Positions 9,191 to 18,708 of a stretch of 48,142 nucleotides of DNA are shown here, piece after piece. A program made the position numbers and the translations under genes. How positions within the stretch are numbered: the stretch's first letter is position 1; the number at the start of each line of letters is the position of its first letter. This DNA is from a bacterium (lineage in GTDB: Bacteria; Zhuqueibacterota; Zhuqueibacteria; Oceanimicrobiales; Oceanimicrobiaceae): positions 74,635 to 122,776 of the forward strand of contig JBBIIG010000006.1 of NCBI GenBank assembly GCA_037446635.1, written 5' to 3'. The notes under the pieces were generated by a model. That model was not told where the DNA came from. It saw nothing but the letters and a program-made list of their open reading frames with translations, and searched no databases.

Positions 9191-9314
9191 TTTAAAAGTT
9201 TGAGAAATTTTTTTGATGTGATGATTTTTATATCCATGTATTCTTTCAGTTCCGATCAGGCAGGCGGGCCTGAATAGCGCGGCACCGAGCAAAAAATCCC
9301 GCGCGGGCAAGAAA

Positions 9315-9347
9315 ACGTGCCACGCACTGCCAAGGTGCGTGGCACGT
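9315..9347. repeat. REP-like palindrome ACGTGCCACGCAC-N7-GTGCGTGGCACGT
   Basis: Perfect 13-bp arms just downstream of the DUF2277 gene. Confidence 0.75.
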
Positions 9348-9360
9348 GAAACCGATTCGA

Positions 9361-9633
9361 TTACCTTTGCGCAAACCGCTTCGCAAATCGGGCGCGTTTT
9401 CGGGCCGCTTCGGTTTCACGGTCGCGCGGCGGCGATGGCGTCACCAGCGAATCGAGTAATTCACGCGCAATTTTTGAGACTTCCTCCACTGCGTGCTCGA
9501 ACGCCGCTTCATTCACTTTGGACGGTTTGGTGAAGCCGCTGAGCTTGCGCACAAACTGCAGCGACGCGGCGCGAATTTCTGCATCCGTGGCCGGCGGCTC
9601 GAAATTGAAAAGGGTTTTGATGTTGCGACACAT
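9361..9633 (-). CDS. DUF2277-family small protein
   Basis: MCRNIKTLFNFEPPATDAEIRAASLQFVRKLSGF is the characteristic family N-terminus. Start at 9633. Confidence 0.85.
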   Translation of the reverse strand: MCRNIKTLFNFEPPATDAEIRAASLQFVRKLSGFTKPSKVNEAAFEHAVEEVSKIARELLDSLVTPSPPRDRETEAARKRARFAKRFAQR

Positions 9634-9640
9634 GATTTTG

Positions 9641-9780
9641 ATTGAATATTGAATATTGGCTAATTGGCAATTCACAATTCACCATTATAAATTGACAATT
9701 GGGATCGCCTGCTGGAAATCGTCAATTGTGAATTGTCAACTTATTTATCAATCTTCGATTATCAATCATCGATCATCGAT
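9641..9780. repeat. Degenerate heptamer arrays (ATTGAAT, AATTGAC, CATCGAT types)
   Basis: attgaat-attgaat-attggct-aattggc-aattcac-aattcac and tatcaat-cttcgat-tatcaat-catcgat-catcgat. Confidence 0.7.
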
Positions 9781-12583
9781 TCAGGGCTTTCACCACTACC
9801 ACCGTTTGATCGTCGTGCGGCAGGGAATTGCCGGCGAAGCGCTTCACTTCGGCGAGCACGCAATCACGAATTTCGTAGGCATTGAGAGCGGAGCTGGCTT
9901 CCAAAATTTTGGTGAGCTTCTCTTCTCCGAATTCCAGGCCGTTGTTGGTTTTGGCTTCGGTGACGCCGTCGGTTACAAAGAGAAACACGTCGTTGGCGTC
10001 GTAGTGGATGACCTGTTCCTCCAGCTCCGCGGCAAAGGTTTCGTCTTTATCGAGACCCAATCCCAAGCCTTTGGGAACCACCAGCTCCACGCGCCCGGTT
10101 TTGGCGTGGTAATAAAACAGCGGCAGGTGGCCGGCGCGTGCTAAAATCAAATGGCGTTTGCCGCTGTCGATGGCCGCGCCAATGGCGGTGACAAACGAGC
10201 TGCGATCCAAATCTTTGGCGAGCAGTTGATTGGCGCGAATGAACAGCTCGCGCGGCGAAAGATTGAATTGGTTGAGCGAGCGCAGAATACCCTGAATCTT
10301 CGACATATAAAGCGCCGCCGAGGTGCCTTTGCCGCTGACGTCGCCAACAATGATGGTAATTTCATCTGGCTGGCCGTTGAGGTAATCGAAATAATCGCCG
10401 CCCACTTCCAGCGCCGGCACCGAAACGCCGGCGATGTCGAGGCCGGGGATTTCCGGTGTGCGCTGCGGCAGCGAGGCCATTTGAATGCGGCGCGCCAGCT
10501 CCAACTCGTGTTTCATGCGCTCCTGTTCCGCCAGACTCTCGTGCAGAAAGGCGTTTTCAATGGCCACCGCGGACTGCTTGGCCACCGTCGCCAGAAACGT
10601 CAAATCCTCGATGGTGGCCGGCACTTCGGAGAGCTTCTCGCCCACCAGCAGCGCGCCCACCAACTTTTCTTTGTAGCGCAGCGGGATGACGTGCCGCATT
10701 CCAAATTGGAGAAACGTTTCCTTCAAATCGTTGGGCAGGTAATCGATGCTGAAGCGCGACTCGCTGCGGAACTTTTGAATTGCCTCGATGAGTTGTGTGC
10801 TGGTTTTCAGACATATTTCATCCCAGTCTTCGGAACTCATGCCGTGAACGTCGTGGTGGCGGCATTCTTTTTCATCGCGAAAAATGAGGATGCCCACGCG
10901 TTTCAATCGCAGCAACCGCGCCAGCTTACGAACGATGCCGCGGCACAGTTCGGTTAAATTCAACTGCGTGGTCATCACTTCGGCCAGCTCACTGGCGGCG
11001 CGGTTGTAGGCCTGGCGTTCCCGGAAAAATCGGCGGTCGATGAACCCTTGTCCGATTTTTCCAACTTTATACGTGGTCAGCGTCAGCGCCACGGCGAAAA
11101 TCATCAGCAGCAGTTTCTCGATAAAATCGCGCTGGAGCGGCGGCGGCGGCTCATCCACGATCACAATGGAGGTGCCGGTGAAATTAATGTTGGGAACCGC
11201 AAAATGGAGCTCCGGCAAAATCATCATCAGCCGCAGAGCTAAAACCACCAGCGCCGCGATCCAGATAGTGGACACGATGATATATTGCAAATTGCGGCGC
11301 AACCGCACATGGATGTCCAGCAACTGGTAGCGGCCAATGGTGTAAAGATAGGTCAGAGGGATAATGAGAAGCGGAAGGCCAAGAAAGCCAAAATGCTGCT
11401 GCCGCCGGTTCCAAGCCAAGATGAGCGCTATTAGGAAGGCGCCTGCGCCGGCCAGCCATCCGGCCCAGAAAATTGGGCGGCGCAATTTGATGAACTCCTG
11501 AGAACGCTGGCGGCGAAACTTGAAATAAATGAAAGCCTGGCGGCCGAGAACAATCACCAAAACAATAGCATTAAACAGAAGCGCGGCCATTTGGGTTTTG
11601 AGAAGATTTAACCAAAATACGACAAAGCAAATTCCGGCAACGAAGTAGAGAATCCGATACAGCCACGGGCGGCGGAGAAGCTCCGGACGCGCTTGCGGAA
11701 AATGCAATTTGCTGTGAAGCCAGAACGCGATCCCAAAACAAAAACTGGCGACGAGCGTTGCGTTTCTAACTTTGGCGAACATATCGAAAGCGATGTCGCG
11801 CTGGTTGGCCGCCATCATAAAAAACCCGGTGCCCATAAACGCCAGGCCCACGAGCTGGGCGGCGCGGGCATCCGGACGGCTCAAAACGATGAACGCGCCG
11901 ATGCCCAGGTAAACCAACCCGCTGATGACAAACATCAGCGCCGACCAACTGACGCCAAAGTTCACCAGGGTGACCGGGATGGTCAGCACGCGATTGCTGC
12001 GCAGGAGGTTATAGGTGATGGTGGCGCCGCTTTCAGCCTGGCGCAGAATGAGGTCGGCTTCCTGTGCGTCTTTGAAAAATTGCTCGTTGATGCGAAACAC
12101 CACGTCGCCGGGTTGGATGCCCGCGAGCTCGGAGGCGCCGCCTTCGATGACCTCGAAAATATATACCGAGGGAGGGATGGTCGCCAGAAGGCTGTCGGGC
12201 AGCGCGGCGCGGCTCACTTCAAAGGTGAGCGTTTTATCCAAAGCGGGGCGCAGCACCTTTAGCTCGAAAGTGGAGTCCGCGGCGAGCAGCGCCAGGGCGG
12301 CGCTGAGGGAATCGCCTTTCTCAAATCGATGATCGTTCATCGCCACCAACAAATCGCCCACCAGCACCGAATCCGAGGCGCCGTCCGCGCTTTTGCCCAG
12401 GCTTAGTGTTGCGGGAAAACTTTTGGTGACATACAGATTGGAGGGCGAGGTGCGAAACCAGTTTTCGTCGGTGGTGGAGGTGGCGTAGCGAAAAAAATTC
12501 ATCACGCCAAGGATCAGGAGGTAAGCAGCGATCGTTCCAAAAAGCAGCCGCAGGAGACCGGTGTATTTTTCGTTTTCAAGCAT
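9773..12583 (-). CDS. Membrane PP2C (SpoIIE/RsbU-type) phosphatase with PDZ, multi-TM and GAF domains
   Basis: PDZ-like GASELAGIQPGDVVFRINE, about 9 TM segments, GAF (IPLRYKEKLVGALLVG), PP2C motifs EVGGDYFD, GDVSGKG, RAGH, TDGVTEA, DDQT. Start at MLENEKY. Confidence 0.9.
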   Translation of the reverse strand: MLENEKYTGLLRLLFGTIAAYLLILGVMNFFRYATSTTDENWFRTSPSNLYVTKSFPATLSLGKSADGASDSVLVGDLLVAMNDHRFEKGDSLSAALALLAADSTFELKVLRPALDKTLTFEVSRAALPDSLLATIPPSVYIFEVIEGGASELAGIQPGDVVFRINEQFFKDAQEADLILRQAESGATITYNLLRSNRVLTIPVTLVNFGVSWSALMFVISGLVYLGIGAFIVLSRPDARAAQLVGLAFMGTGFFMMAANQRDIAFDMFAKVRNATLVASFCFGIAFWLHSKLHFPQARPELLRRPWLYRILYFVAGICFVVFWLNLLKTQMAALLFNAIVLVIVLGRQAFIYFKFRRQRSQEFIKLRRPIFWAGWLAGAGAFLIALILAWNRRQQHFGFLGLPLLIIPLTYLYTIGRYQLLDIHVRLRRNLQYIIVSTIWIAALVVLALRLMMILPELHFAVPNINFTGTSIVIVDEPPPPLQRDFIEKLLLMIFAVALTLTTYKVGKIGQGFIDRRFFRERQAYNRAASELAEVMTTQLNLTELCRGIVRKLARLLRLKRVGILIFRDEKECRHHDVHGMSSEDWDEICLKTSTQLIEAIQKFRSESRFSIDYLPNDLKETFLQFGMRHVIPLRYKEKLVGALLVGEKLSEVPATIEDLTFLATVAKQSAVAIENAFLHESLAEQERMKHELELARRIQMASLPQRTPEIPGLDIAGVSVPALEVGGDYFDYLNGQPDEITIIVGDVSGKGTSAALYMSKIQGILRSLNQFNLSPRELFIRANQLLAKDLDRSSFVTAIGAAIDSGKRHLILARAGHLPLFYYHAKTGRVELVVPKGLGLGLDKDETFAAELEEQVIHYDANDVFLFVTDGVTEAKTNNGLEFGEEKLTKILEASSALNAYEIRDCVLAEVKRFAGNSLPHDDQTVVVVKALNR

Positions 12584-12809
12584 GGCACTATATAAGATAA
12601 AATTTTGGCAAAAACAAGCCCCAAATCTCGGGCTGAAATTTCGCGTACCTAAGAGCGCTAAAAAAGGTTTGTACTCTCTGCTTGTACGGAATTTTCGTTG
12701 ATTTTGACCGTGAAAAATTTTACTATTTAGCGGCATTATGGATGCGCTGAATCATCCGATAAATTGAAGTTCTATCTAACAATGAAATCTCAAGTGTGAG
12801 CCCAGAGGA

Positions 12810-12886
12810 GTAATGGAGTTTTGGATTGATGGATTAATGAAAGACAAAGAGGGCATTAATCCAGTAATCCATCAATCCATCAATCT
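12810..12886. repeat. Inverted octamer array (GATGGATT / AATCCATC)
   Basis: ttggatt-gatggatt-aatg pairs with catt-aatccagt-aatccatc-aatccatc. Confidence 0.65.
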
Positions 12887-12930
12887 GACGTAATTAATAA
12901 CAGAATTCATGCCTCCGATATCCCAACAAA

Positions 12931-15900
12931 ATGAATCAAGGTGATCGACCCCGCGTCCTCTACATCGAAGATGACGCTAAGCAGCGCGCTGCCGTCATCA
13001 AATCGCTGCGTTCGAAAAAGATGGTGGTGAGAGCCGCAGCCTCCGGCAAAGAGGCGCTGGCGGTTTTCAAACCGGCTGCTTACGACGCGGTGCTGTGCGA
13101 CCTCAACATGCCGCACATGAACGGCTTGCAGGTTCTCGCCAAATTGAAGAAAATCGATCCGCAAACGCCAGTGATCATCCTCACCGCCCACGGCACCGTG
13201 GAGGCGGCCGTCAAAGCGCTAAAAAACGGCGCACATGACTTCGTGCTCAAGCCTCTCGAAATTAATAGCATCGCCGCTGCCATTCAGCAAGCCATCGAGA
13301 AGAAGCGGCTGCAGAAACAGCTCTCGGACTCGGAATCCAGCTTGCAAATGCTCATCGATACGGTGCCGGATATCGTTTATTCCCTGAATGAGAAAGGAGA
13401 GTTTATCAGCGTGAACCGGGCGGGGCAGTTGCTGCTGGGTTATAAACCGGAGGAGTTCGTGGGCACCTCGCTTTTCGATTACATTTATCCCCTCGACCGC
13501 GAGCGGGTGCGCCGCGGCTTTGAGGCAGCCATGAAACACGGCGACCAGACCATCAAAACCATCGAGTTTCGCATGGTCAGCAAATCCGGCGAAGTTAAAG
13601 ATTTCGAAGTCAACCGCCGGCTGATTTTTGAAAACGGCAAAGTTCAGCGGCAGGACGGCATTGCGCGCGAGGTTACCAATCGCAATCTTTTGAAAAAGGA
13701 GCTGCAGAAATATTCCAAAGAGTTGGAAAAACTGGTGGAGCAGCGGACCAAAAGCCTGGAGTACGCCACCCGGCAACTGGCGGCCCTCAACGCCGCGTCT
13801 AACCGTTTCACCCAAATTTATGATGAAAACGAGCTCATGGAGAACGTGCCGGAGCTGCTCACCTACACCCTGGATTTTGATCGCGCTGCCTTACTTTTAG
13901 AGGATCAAGGAAAGTTGGAACTACGCTCCTTCTGCTTCGCAAAAGACCCGCCGGAGTTGGTGCAGAATTTTGTCACCCGTTTCAATAACAAAGATTTCTC
14001 CATGCCTCCCCATTTTTGGGAAAGCTTTCGCGAAAACAAAACGGTGTTCATTCCGGACTTGAACGCCGACCCGCGCTGGCCGCGTGAAAACGGCCGAACC
14101 ATTCAAACCCGCGCCGTGGTCATCACCCCAATTCGAATCAACAAAAAGCCCATTGGTGTGATTGTGGGCAACATGCAATATCACGACCGCGCCATGGACG
14201 AGCAGGACGTGGCGCGCTTTGAAATGTTCGCCAACATGGTGGGGCTGGCGCTGGAAAACATTCGCGCCTATCAAAATCTCGAAAGGAAGGTGATCGAGCG
14301 CACGCGCTGTCTGCGACTTGCAAACCGCGAACTGCGCGAAAAAGCACGGCAATTAGAAAAATCCACCTACTCCCTGGCGCGCTCTAACGTGCAGCTTCTG
14401 TCGGCGCAGGAGGAGCTGGAAAAGAAAAATGAGGAAATGGCCAAACTCCTCAAACACCTCTCGGAAAGCGAAACCAAAACCAGCGCCCTGCTCAACGCCA
14501 TCCCCGACCTGATGTTTCAGCTCTCCCGCGACGGCGTCATTTTGGACTATAAGGACAGCGGCAACATGGGGCTGTATGTTCCTTCCGAACAATTCATCAA
14601 CAAAAATATTCGCGACATCCTCTCGAAAGAACTCGCCGAGCAAACGGTAAAATTCGTTGAAAAAGCTTTGATCACCAACCAGGTTCAGGTCTTCGAATAT
14701 CAGCTTCCATATGAAGACACCGTGCACGATTACGAGGCGCGCATGGTGGTGAGCGGCGAAAACAAAGTGCTGGTGATCGTGCGCGACATCACCATTCGCA
14801 AGGCCGCGGAGGAAGCGCTGCGCCGCGAGCGTAATTTTGTGGCCACGGTGCTCGACACCGCCGGCGCCCTGGTCACCGTGCTCGACACCAAAGGCCGCAT
14901 CGTCCGCTTCAACCGCGCCTGCGAGGAAACCAGCGGCTATTTGTTTGAAGAAGTGAAGGGGAAGGAATTCTGGGATATTTTTCTGCTGCCGGAAGAGGTG
15001 CCTGGTGTTGAGGATGTTTTTGAGCATTTGCTGGCGGGCGATTTTCCTAACACCCACGAGAATTACTGGGTCACTAAAGATGGCCGGCGGCGGTTGATTG
15101 CCTGGTCCAACACCGCCTTGTTGGACAAAAACGGCAAAGTCGAATACGTCGTGGCGACCGGCATCGATATCACCGAACGCAAAGAGGCGGAGGCGCGCGT
15201 CGCCGCCCGCCTGCGCTACGAAGAAGGGCTGGCGGCCTGTTCCAAAACGCTTTTGGAAGGCCGCGACGATGAAGACGCGCTCAATGACGCCCTCACCCAT
15301 CTTTTGAAAGCCGCCGACGTCGGCCGGGTTTATATCTTCGAAAATTTTGAAGACCCCGACGACGGTTTGTGCATGCGCCAGACTCATGAGGTCTGCGCCC
15401 CCGGCATTCATCCGGAAATCGATAACCCCATCTTGCAGCATTTCCCCTACAACAACGATTTCTCCCGCTGGCTGGAAACGCTGTCGCGCGGCGAGCCCAT
15501 CAAAGGCAAAACCAATGCATTTCCGGAAGCGGAACGCGCGATCCTGGAAGCCCAGAGCATCCAATCGATTTTGGTTTTGCCCGTTCATCTTTCCGGGAAA
15601 TGGTACGGTTTTATCGGGTTTGATGACGTGACCCGCGCGCGCGTGTGGGGCGAAGAAGACATCCGGCTTTTGCAAACCGCCGCGGAGATGATCGGCGGCT
15701 ACATCGAACACAAAAAAGCCGAGGAGTCGCTGAAAGAAAGCGAGGAGCGCTTCCGCAGTCTCGTGGAAAACGCCAACGACATCATCTACTCGCTGACCCC
15801 CGACGGCGTGTTTGTTTATGTTTCTCCAAACTGGAAAGATATTCTGGGCCACGAGGTTTCGGAGGTGGTGGGCCGCCACTTTGCGCCGTTCGTTCACCCG

Positions 15901-16911
15901 GATGATTTGGCGGTTTGTGTGCAATTTTTGAGAAAGGTGATCGAAACCGGTGAAAAGCAAAGCGGCGTCGAATACCGCGTGCAGCACAAAGATGGCTCCT
16001 GGCGCTGGCACACCTCCAGCGCCTCGGCTTTGAAAGAACCCGACGGCCAGGTGAGTTACTATGTGGGCATCGCGCACGACATCACCGAGCGCAAAAAATT
16101 CCTCGACGAATTGGCCGAGGCCCACCGCCACCTGATTCAGGCGCAGGCGCAATTGGTGCAGTCGGAAAAGATGGCGTCGCTGGGAATGCTGGTGGCGGGC
16201 ATCGCTCACGAAATCAACACGCCGATTGGCGCTATTCACAGTATGCACGACACCCTCGAGCGCGCGCTGGAAAAATTAAAAGAAACGCTGCTGCAGCAAT
16301 TCCCGAAAGAGTTTGAGCAAAACCGCAATCTGCGTGCGCCGCTGAAAATCATCGAGGACGCCACCAAGGTGATTGACTCCGGCAGCGAGCGCGTCACCAA
16401 CATCGTGCGCCGGCTGCGCAGCTTCGCCCGCCTCGACGAAGCCGAACTCAAAACCGCCGATCTCCACGAAGGCATCGAGGACACCTTGACCCTCATCCAT
16501 CACGAAATCAAGCACAACATCACCATCATCAAAAACTACGGCGACGTGCCGCCCATCTCCTGTTATCCCGGCCGGCTCAACCAGGTATTTCTAAATCTCC
16601 TGATCAACGCCAAACAGGCTATCGATGGCAAAGGCGAGATTACCATCACCACCTACCACCGCGATAACAAAGCCTTCATCGAATTCCAGGACACCGGCAA
16701 AGGCATCGCCCCGGAACACTTGCAGCGGATTTTCGACCCCGGCTTCACCACCAAAGGCGTGGGCGTGGGCACAGGGCTGGGCTTGTCGATTGTCTATCAA
16801 ATCATCCAGGACCACCGCGGCGAGATCAAAGTCGAGAGCGAACCGGGGAGGGGCGCGACCTTCACCGTGATTTTGCCGATGAATTTGGACGAGATTTTAG
16901 GGGTGTCATAA
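12931..16911 (+). CDS. Multi-sensor hybrid histidine kinase REC-PAS-GAF-PAS-PAS-GAF-PAS-HisKA-HATPase
   Basis: REC (IEDD, CDLNMP, KP), four PAS/PAC segments, two GAF segments, H-box IAHEINTP, N-box LNQVFLNLLINA, DTGKG, GTGLGL. Confidence 0.95.
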   Translation: MNQGDRPRVLYIEDDAKQRAAVIKSLRSKKMVVRAAASGKEALAVFKPAAYDAVLCDLNMPHMNGLQVLAKLKKIDPQTPVIILTAHGTVEAAVKALKNGAHDFVLKPLEINSIAAAIQQAIEKKRLQKQLSDSESSLQMLIDTVPDIVYSLNEKGEFISVNRAGQLLLGYKPEEFVGTSLFDYIYPLDRERVRRGFEAAMKHGDQTIKTIEFRMVSKSGEVKDFEVNRRLIFENGKVQRQDGIAREVTNRNLLKKELQKYSKELEKLVEQRTKSLEYATRQLAALNAASNRFTQIYDENELMENVPELLTYTLDFDRAALLLEDQGKLELRSFCFAKDPPELVQNFVTRFNNKDFSMPPHFWESFRENKTVFIPDLNADPRWPRENGRTIQTRAVVITPIRINKKPIGVIVGNMQYHDRAMDEQDVARFEMFANMVGLALENIRAYQNLERKVIERTRCLRLANRELREKARQLEKSTYSLARSNVQLLSAQEELEKKNEEMAKLLKHLSESETKTSALLNAIPDLMFQLSRDGVILDYKDSGNMGLYVPSEQFINKNIRDILSKELAEQTVKFVEKALITNQVQVFEYQLPYEDTVHDYEARMVVSGENKVLVIVRDITIRKAAEEALRRERNFVATVLDTAGALVTVLDTKGRIVRFNRACEETSGYLFEEVKGKEFWDIFLLPEEVPGVEDVFEHLLAGDFPNTHENYWVTKDGRRRLIAWSNTALLDKNGKVEYVVATGIDITERKEAEARVAARLRYEEGLAACSKTLLEGRDDEDALNDALTHLLKAADVGRVYIFENFEDPDDGLCMRQTHEVCAPGIHPEIDNPILQHFPYNNDFSRWLETLSRGEPIKGKTNAFPEAERAILEAQSIQSILVLPVHLSGKWYGFIGFDDVTRARVWGEEDIRLLQTAAEMIGGYIEHKKAEESLKESEERFRSLVENANDIIYSLTPDGVFVYVSPNWKDILGHEVSEVVGRHFAPFVHPDDLAVCVQFLRKVIETGEKQSGVEYRVQHKDGSWRWHTSSASALKEPDGQVSYYVGIAHDITERKKFLDELAEAHRHLIQAQAQLVQSEKMASLGMLVAGIAHEINTPIGAIHSMHDTLERALEKLKETLLQQFPKEFEQNRNLRAPLKIIEDATKVIDSGSERVTNIVRRLRSFARLDEAELKTADLHEGIEDTLTLIHHEIKHNITIIKNYGDVPPISCYPGRLNQVFLNLLINAKQAIDGKGEITITTYHRDNKAFIEFQDTGKGIAPEHLQRIFDPGFTTKGVGVGTGLGLSIVYQIIQDHRGEIKVESEPGRGATFTVILPMNLDEILGVS

Positions 16912-17405
16912 ACTATCATTCAGGAGGAACCTTTTCAATTCTCCGGCAGATTTAAGCCTGTCATTCAGGAGGAACCTTTTTAGTACTCCGGCCGGTTGAT
17001 GCCTTTAAACAAAGCGTGTAAATTCGGTAAAAAGATTCCTCCTGAATGACAGTTAAAAACTTAGGTGATATTGTGATCAAAGGCAATTACTATGTCTATA
17101 TCACCACCAATCCCGGCAAAACGGTGCTTTATACCGGCGTAACAAATAACCTTAGAGTGCGCATTCAGCAGCACTTTGAAAATAGAGGGAAGAAAAGTAC
17201 CTTTGCAGGAAAATATTACTGTTACAAATTAATTTACTTCGAGTGGTTCTCAGATATAAAACAAGCAATCGCCAGAGAAAAAGAAATCAAAGATATGAGC
17301 CGGAAAAGGAAGGAGGAACTTATTGCTAAGGTTAATCCCAATTGGAATTTTTTAGTAATTTGAATGTGTGCCATTCAATAAAAAGGTTCCTCCTGAATGA
17401 CAGTT
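16911..17405 (+). mobile_element. Putative GIY-YIG cassette bounded by 25-bp inverted repeats
   Basis: AACTATCATTCAGGAGGAACCTTTT (16911-16935) versus AAAAGGTTCCTCCTGAATGACAGTT (17381-17405), 24/25 complementary. Inner arm pair at 16958-16981 and 17029-17054. AT-rich interior. Confidence 0.6.
17073..17363 (+). CDS. Small GIY-YIG nuclease family protein
   Basis: YYVYI..VLYTGVTNNLRVRIQQH..AIAREKEIK..NPNW. GTG start at 17073 after TTAGGTGA; the ATG at 17046 lies inside a repeat arm. Confidence 0.9.
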   Translation: MIKGNYYVYITTNPGKTVLYTGVTNNLRVRIQQHFENRGKKSTFAGKYYCYKLIYFEWFSDIKQAIAREKEIKDMSRKRKEELIAKVNPNWNFLVI

Positions 17406-17466
17406 TAAGATCTAACGTTTCATTTCATTATTACCGTTTCACATTCACTAACCAAAGGAGGGAAGT

Positions 17467-17707
17467 ATGAACTGGCCGAAAGCCGTAATCGCGGGCGTGG
17501 TGGGCGATCGTAGTGAGTCTGTACGACTGGCTGATGCACGGTGTGATCATGGCGTCCACCTATTCGGGCAACGCCCTCTTTGCCACCGATGCCAATCCCC
17601 TGTGGTTTTTCGTGGTGGCGATTTGCGTGGGTATCGCCGGCGCGCTGCTGTTCGGTAAAACTTGCGCAACCTGGGGCGCCGGCGTCAAAGGCGGGGTGAC
17701 CACTTAA
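17467..17707 (+). pseudogene. N-terminal half of a small membrane protein; frameshifted and truncated
   Basis: RBS AAGGAGG then MNWPKAVIAGVVG; frameshift at about 17506; continues IVVSLYDWLMHG...WGAGVKGGVT and stops just after GGTGACC. Confidence 0.8.
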
Positions 17708-17890
17708 ATTCCGGTTCGTCTAAACATAAATCCGCTGCCCACTCAATCCGAGATTTTACTTGACTTTGTAGCCAATCCGATTATATTTGTCAACGACCTT
17801 TCAAGGACAGCCACTCGTAAAAGAGCCATCCAAAATATAGCCGTAACTAATCCACGTAGTGTTTTTTAACCTTTCAGGAGGGAACAGTGT

Positions 17891-18244
17891 ATGCTTAAAA
17901 CATTCACGCAGTACGGCGGTATCGCTCAAACCGCGATTGGTTTGCTCAGCCAATTCGCACCGGGGGTGGGCTCGGCGCTGGGGGCGCAAGCGGCCGGCGG
18001 CAACGTTTTCAATATGCTTTCGGGAGCGGCGCTCAGCTATCTTGGTTTCAAAGGCAACGATAGCACCCAGCGCACGGGGGCGCTGGGAATCGGCGGCGTC
18101 AATGCGATTGTTGGCCTATTGGGGATGTTCGGGGTCAACAACTTGTTTGGCCTGCAACTCAACGAGGGCATGGTCTCCAACATCATCAACCTGGCCATTG
18201 GCGCGTGGGGTCTGTTTGCCGGTCTTTCCAAAAAGACGGCGTAA
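17891..18244 (+). CDS. Small Gly-rich membrane protein (DUF4383-like)
   Basis: RBS AGGAGG; four hydrophobic segments; NxxN(L/M)xxG repeats. Family assignment is tentative. Confidence 0.7.
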   Translation: MLKTFTQYGGIAQTAIGLLSQFAPGVGSALGAQAAGGNVFNMLSGAALSYLGFKGNDSTQRTGALGIGGVNAIVGLLGMFGVNNLFGLQLNEGMVSNIINLAIGAWGLFAGLSKKTA

Positions 18245-18267
18245 AAAGTTTTTCTAAGAATCCATCT

Positions 18268-18297
18268 GGTAGGGGCAATTCATGAATTGCCCCTACC
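18268..18297. repeat. GTAG-type REP palindrome
   Basis: Perfect palindrome GGTAGGGGCAATTCATGAATTGCCCCTACC; related copies at 37286 and 39280. Confidence 0.85.
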
Positions 18298-18316
18298 GGT
18301 AATTTTTAAGGAGGGA

Positions 18317-18562
18317 ATGATGTCCCTGCTTTGGACGATTCTTATCGGGCTTTTGGCCGGCGCGCTGGCCAAATGGATCATGCCGGGGAAAGATCCCGGC
18401 GGGTTGATCGTAACCGCACTGATCGGCATCATCGGCGCGGTGGTCGCCACCTACCTCGGTCAGTTCCTCGGCATTTATCATGCCGGCGAAACCGCGGGAT
18501 TTATTGGCGCGGTGGTGGGCGCGCTTATTGTGCTGTGGGTTTACCGGCGAGTGCGAAAGTAA
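18317..18562 (+). CDS. GlsB/YeaQ/YmgE (transglycosylase-associated) membrane protein
   Basis: IGLLAGALAKWIMPGKDPGG..GIIGA..FIGAVVGALIVL; RBS AAGGAGG. Confidence 0.9.
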   Translation: MMSLLWTILIGLLAGALAKWIMPGKDPGGLIVTALIGIIGAVVATYLGQFLGIYHAGETAGFIGAVVGALIVLWVYRRVRK

Positions 18563-18582
18563 ATTGCAATTCGGTTAAAAAC

Positions 18583-18625
18583 AAAAAGCCGGTTTGCAGA
18601 AATTACCCTGCCGATCGGCTTTTTT
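18583..18625 (+). terminator. Probable intrinsic terminator
   Basis: AAAAAGCCGGT...ATCGGCTTTTTT stem with T tail after the GlsB-family gene. Confidence 0.55.
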
Positions 18626-18708
18626 ATTTGCTGAACCCCAAAAACGGCGCACTTGATTATTCCAAAAAATCCTGAATATATTCATTCAAAAAACAGAAAG
18701 GTTGAATC

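Noticed and set aside
9191..9310. Long N-terminal extensions in the ORF track (also 4488-4550, 12584-12736, 28512-28754, 31472-31558, 39250-39297)
   Set aside because: They run through intergenic or repeat DNA or overlap neighbours. Downstream starts fit family N-termini better and several have a clear RBS.
14353..16248. 631-aa antisense ORF and other long overlapping ORFs (e.g. 8387-9277, 5727-6488, 34665-35423, 45224-45949)
   Set aside because: They are shadows of well-supported genes on the opposite strand in GC-rich coding DNA and have no recognisable motifs.
16911..17405. Classical IS element
   Set aside because: No DDE, HUH, serine or tyrosine transposase and no clear target-site duplication. 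Kept only as a GIY-YIG repeat cassette.
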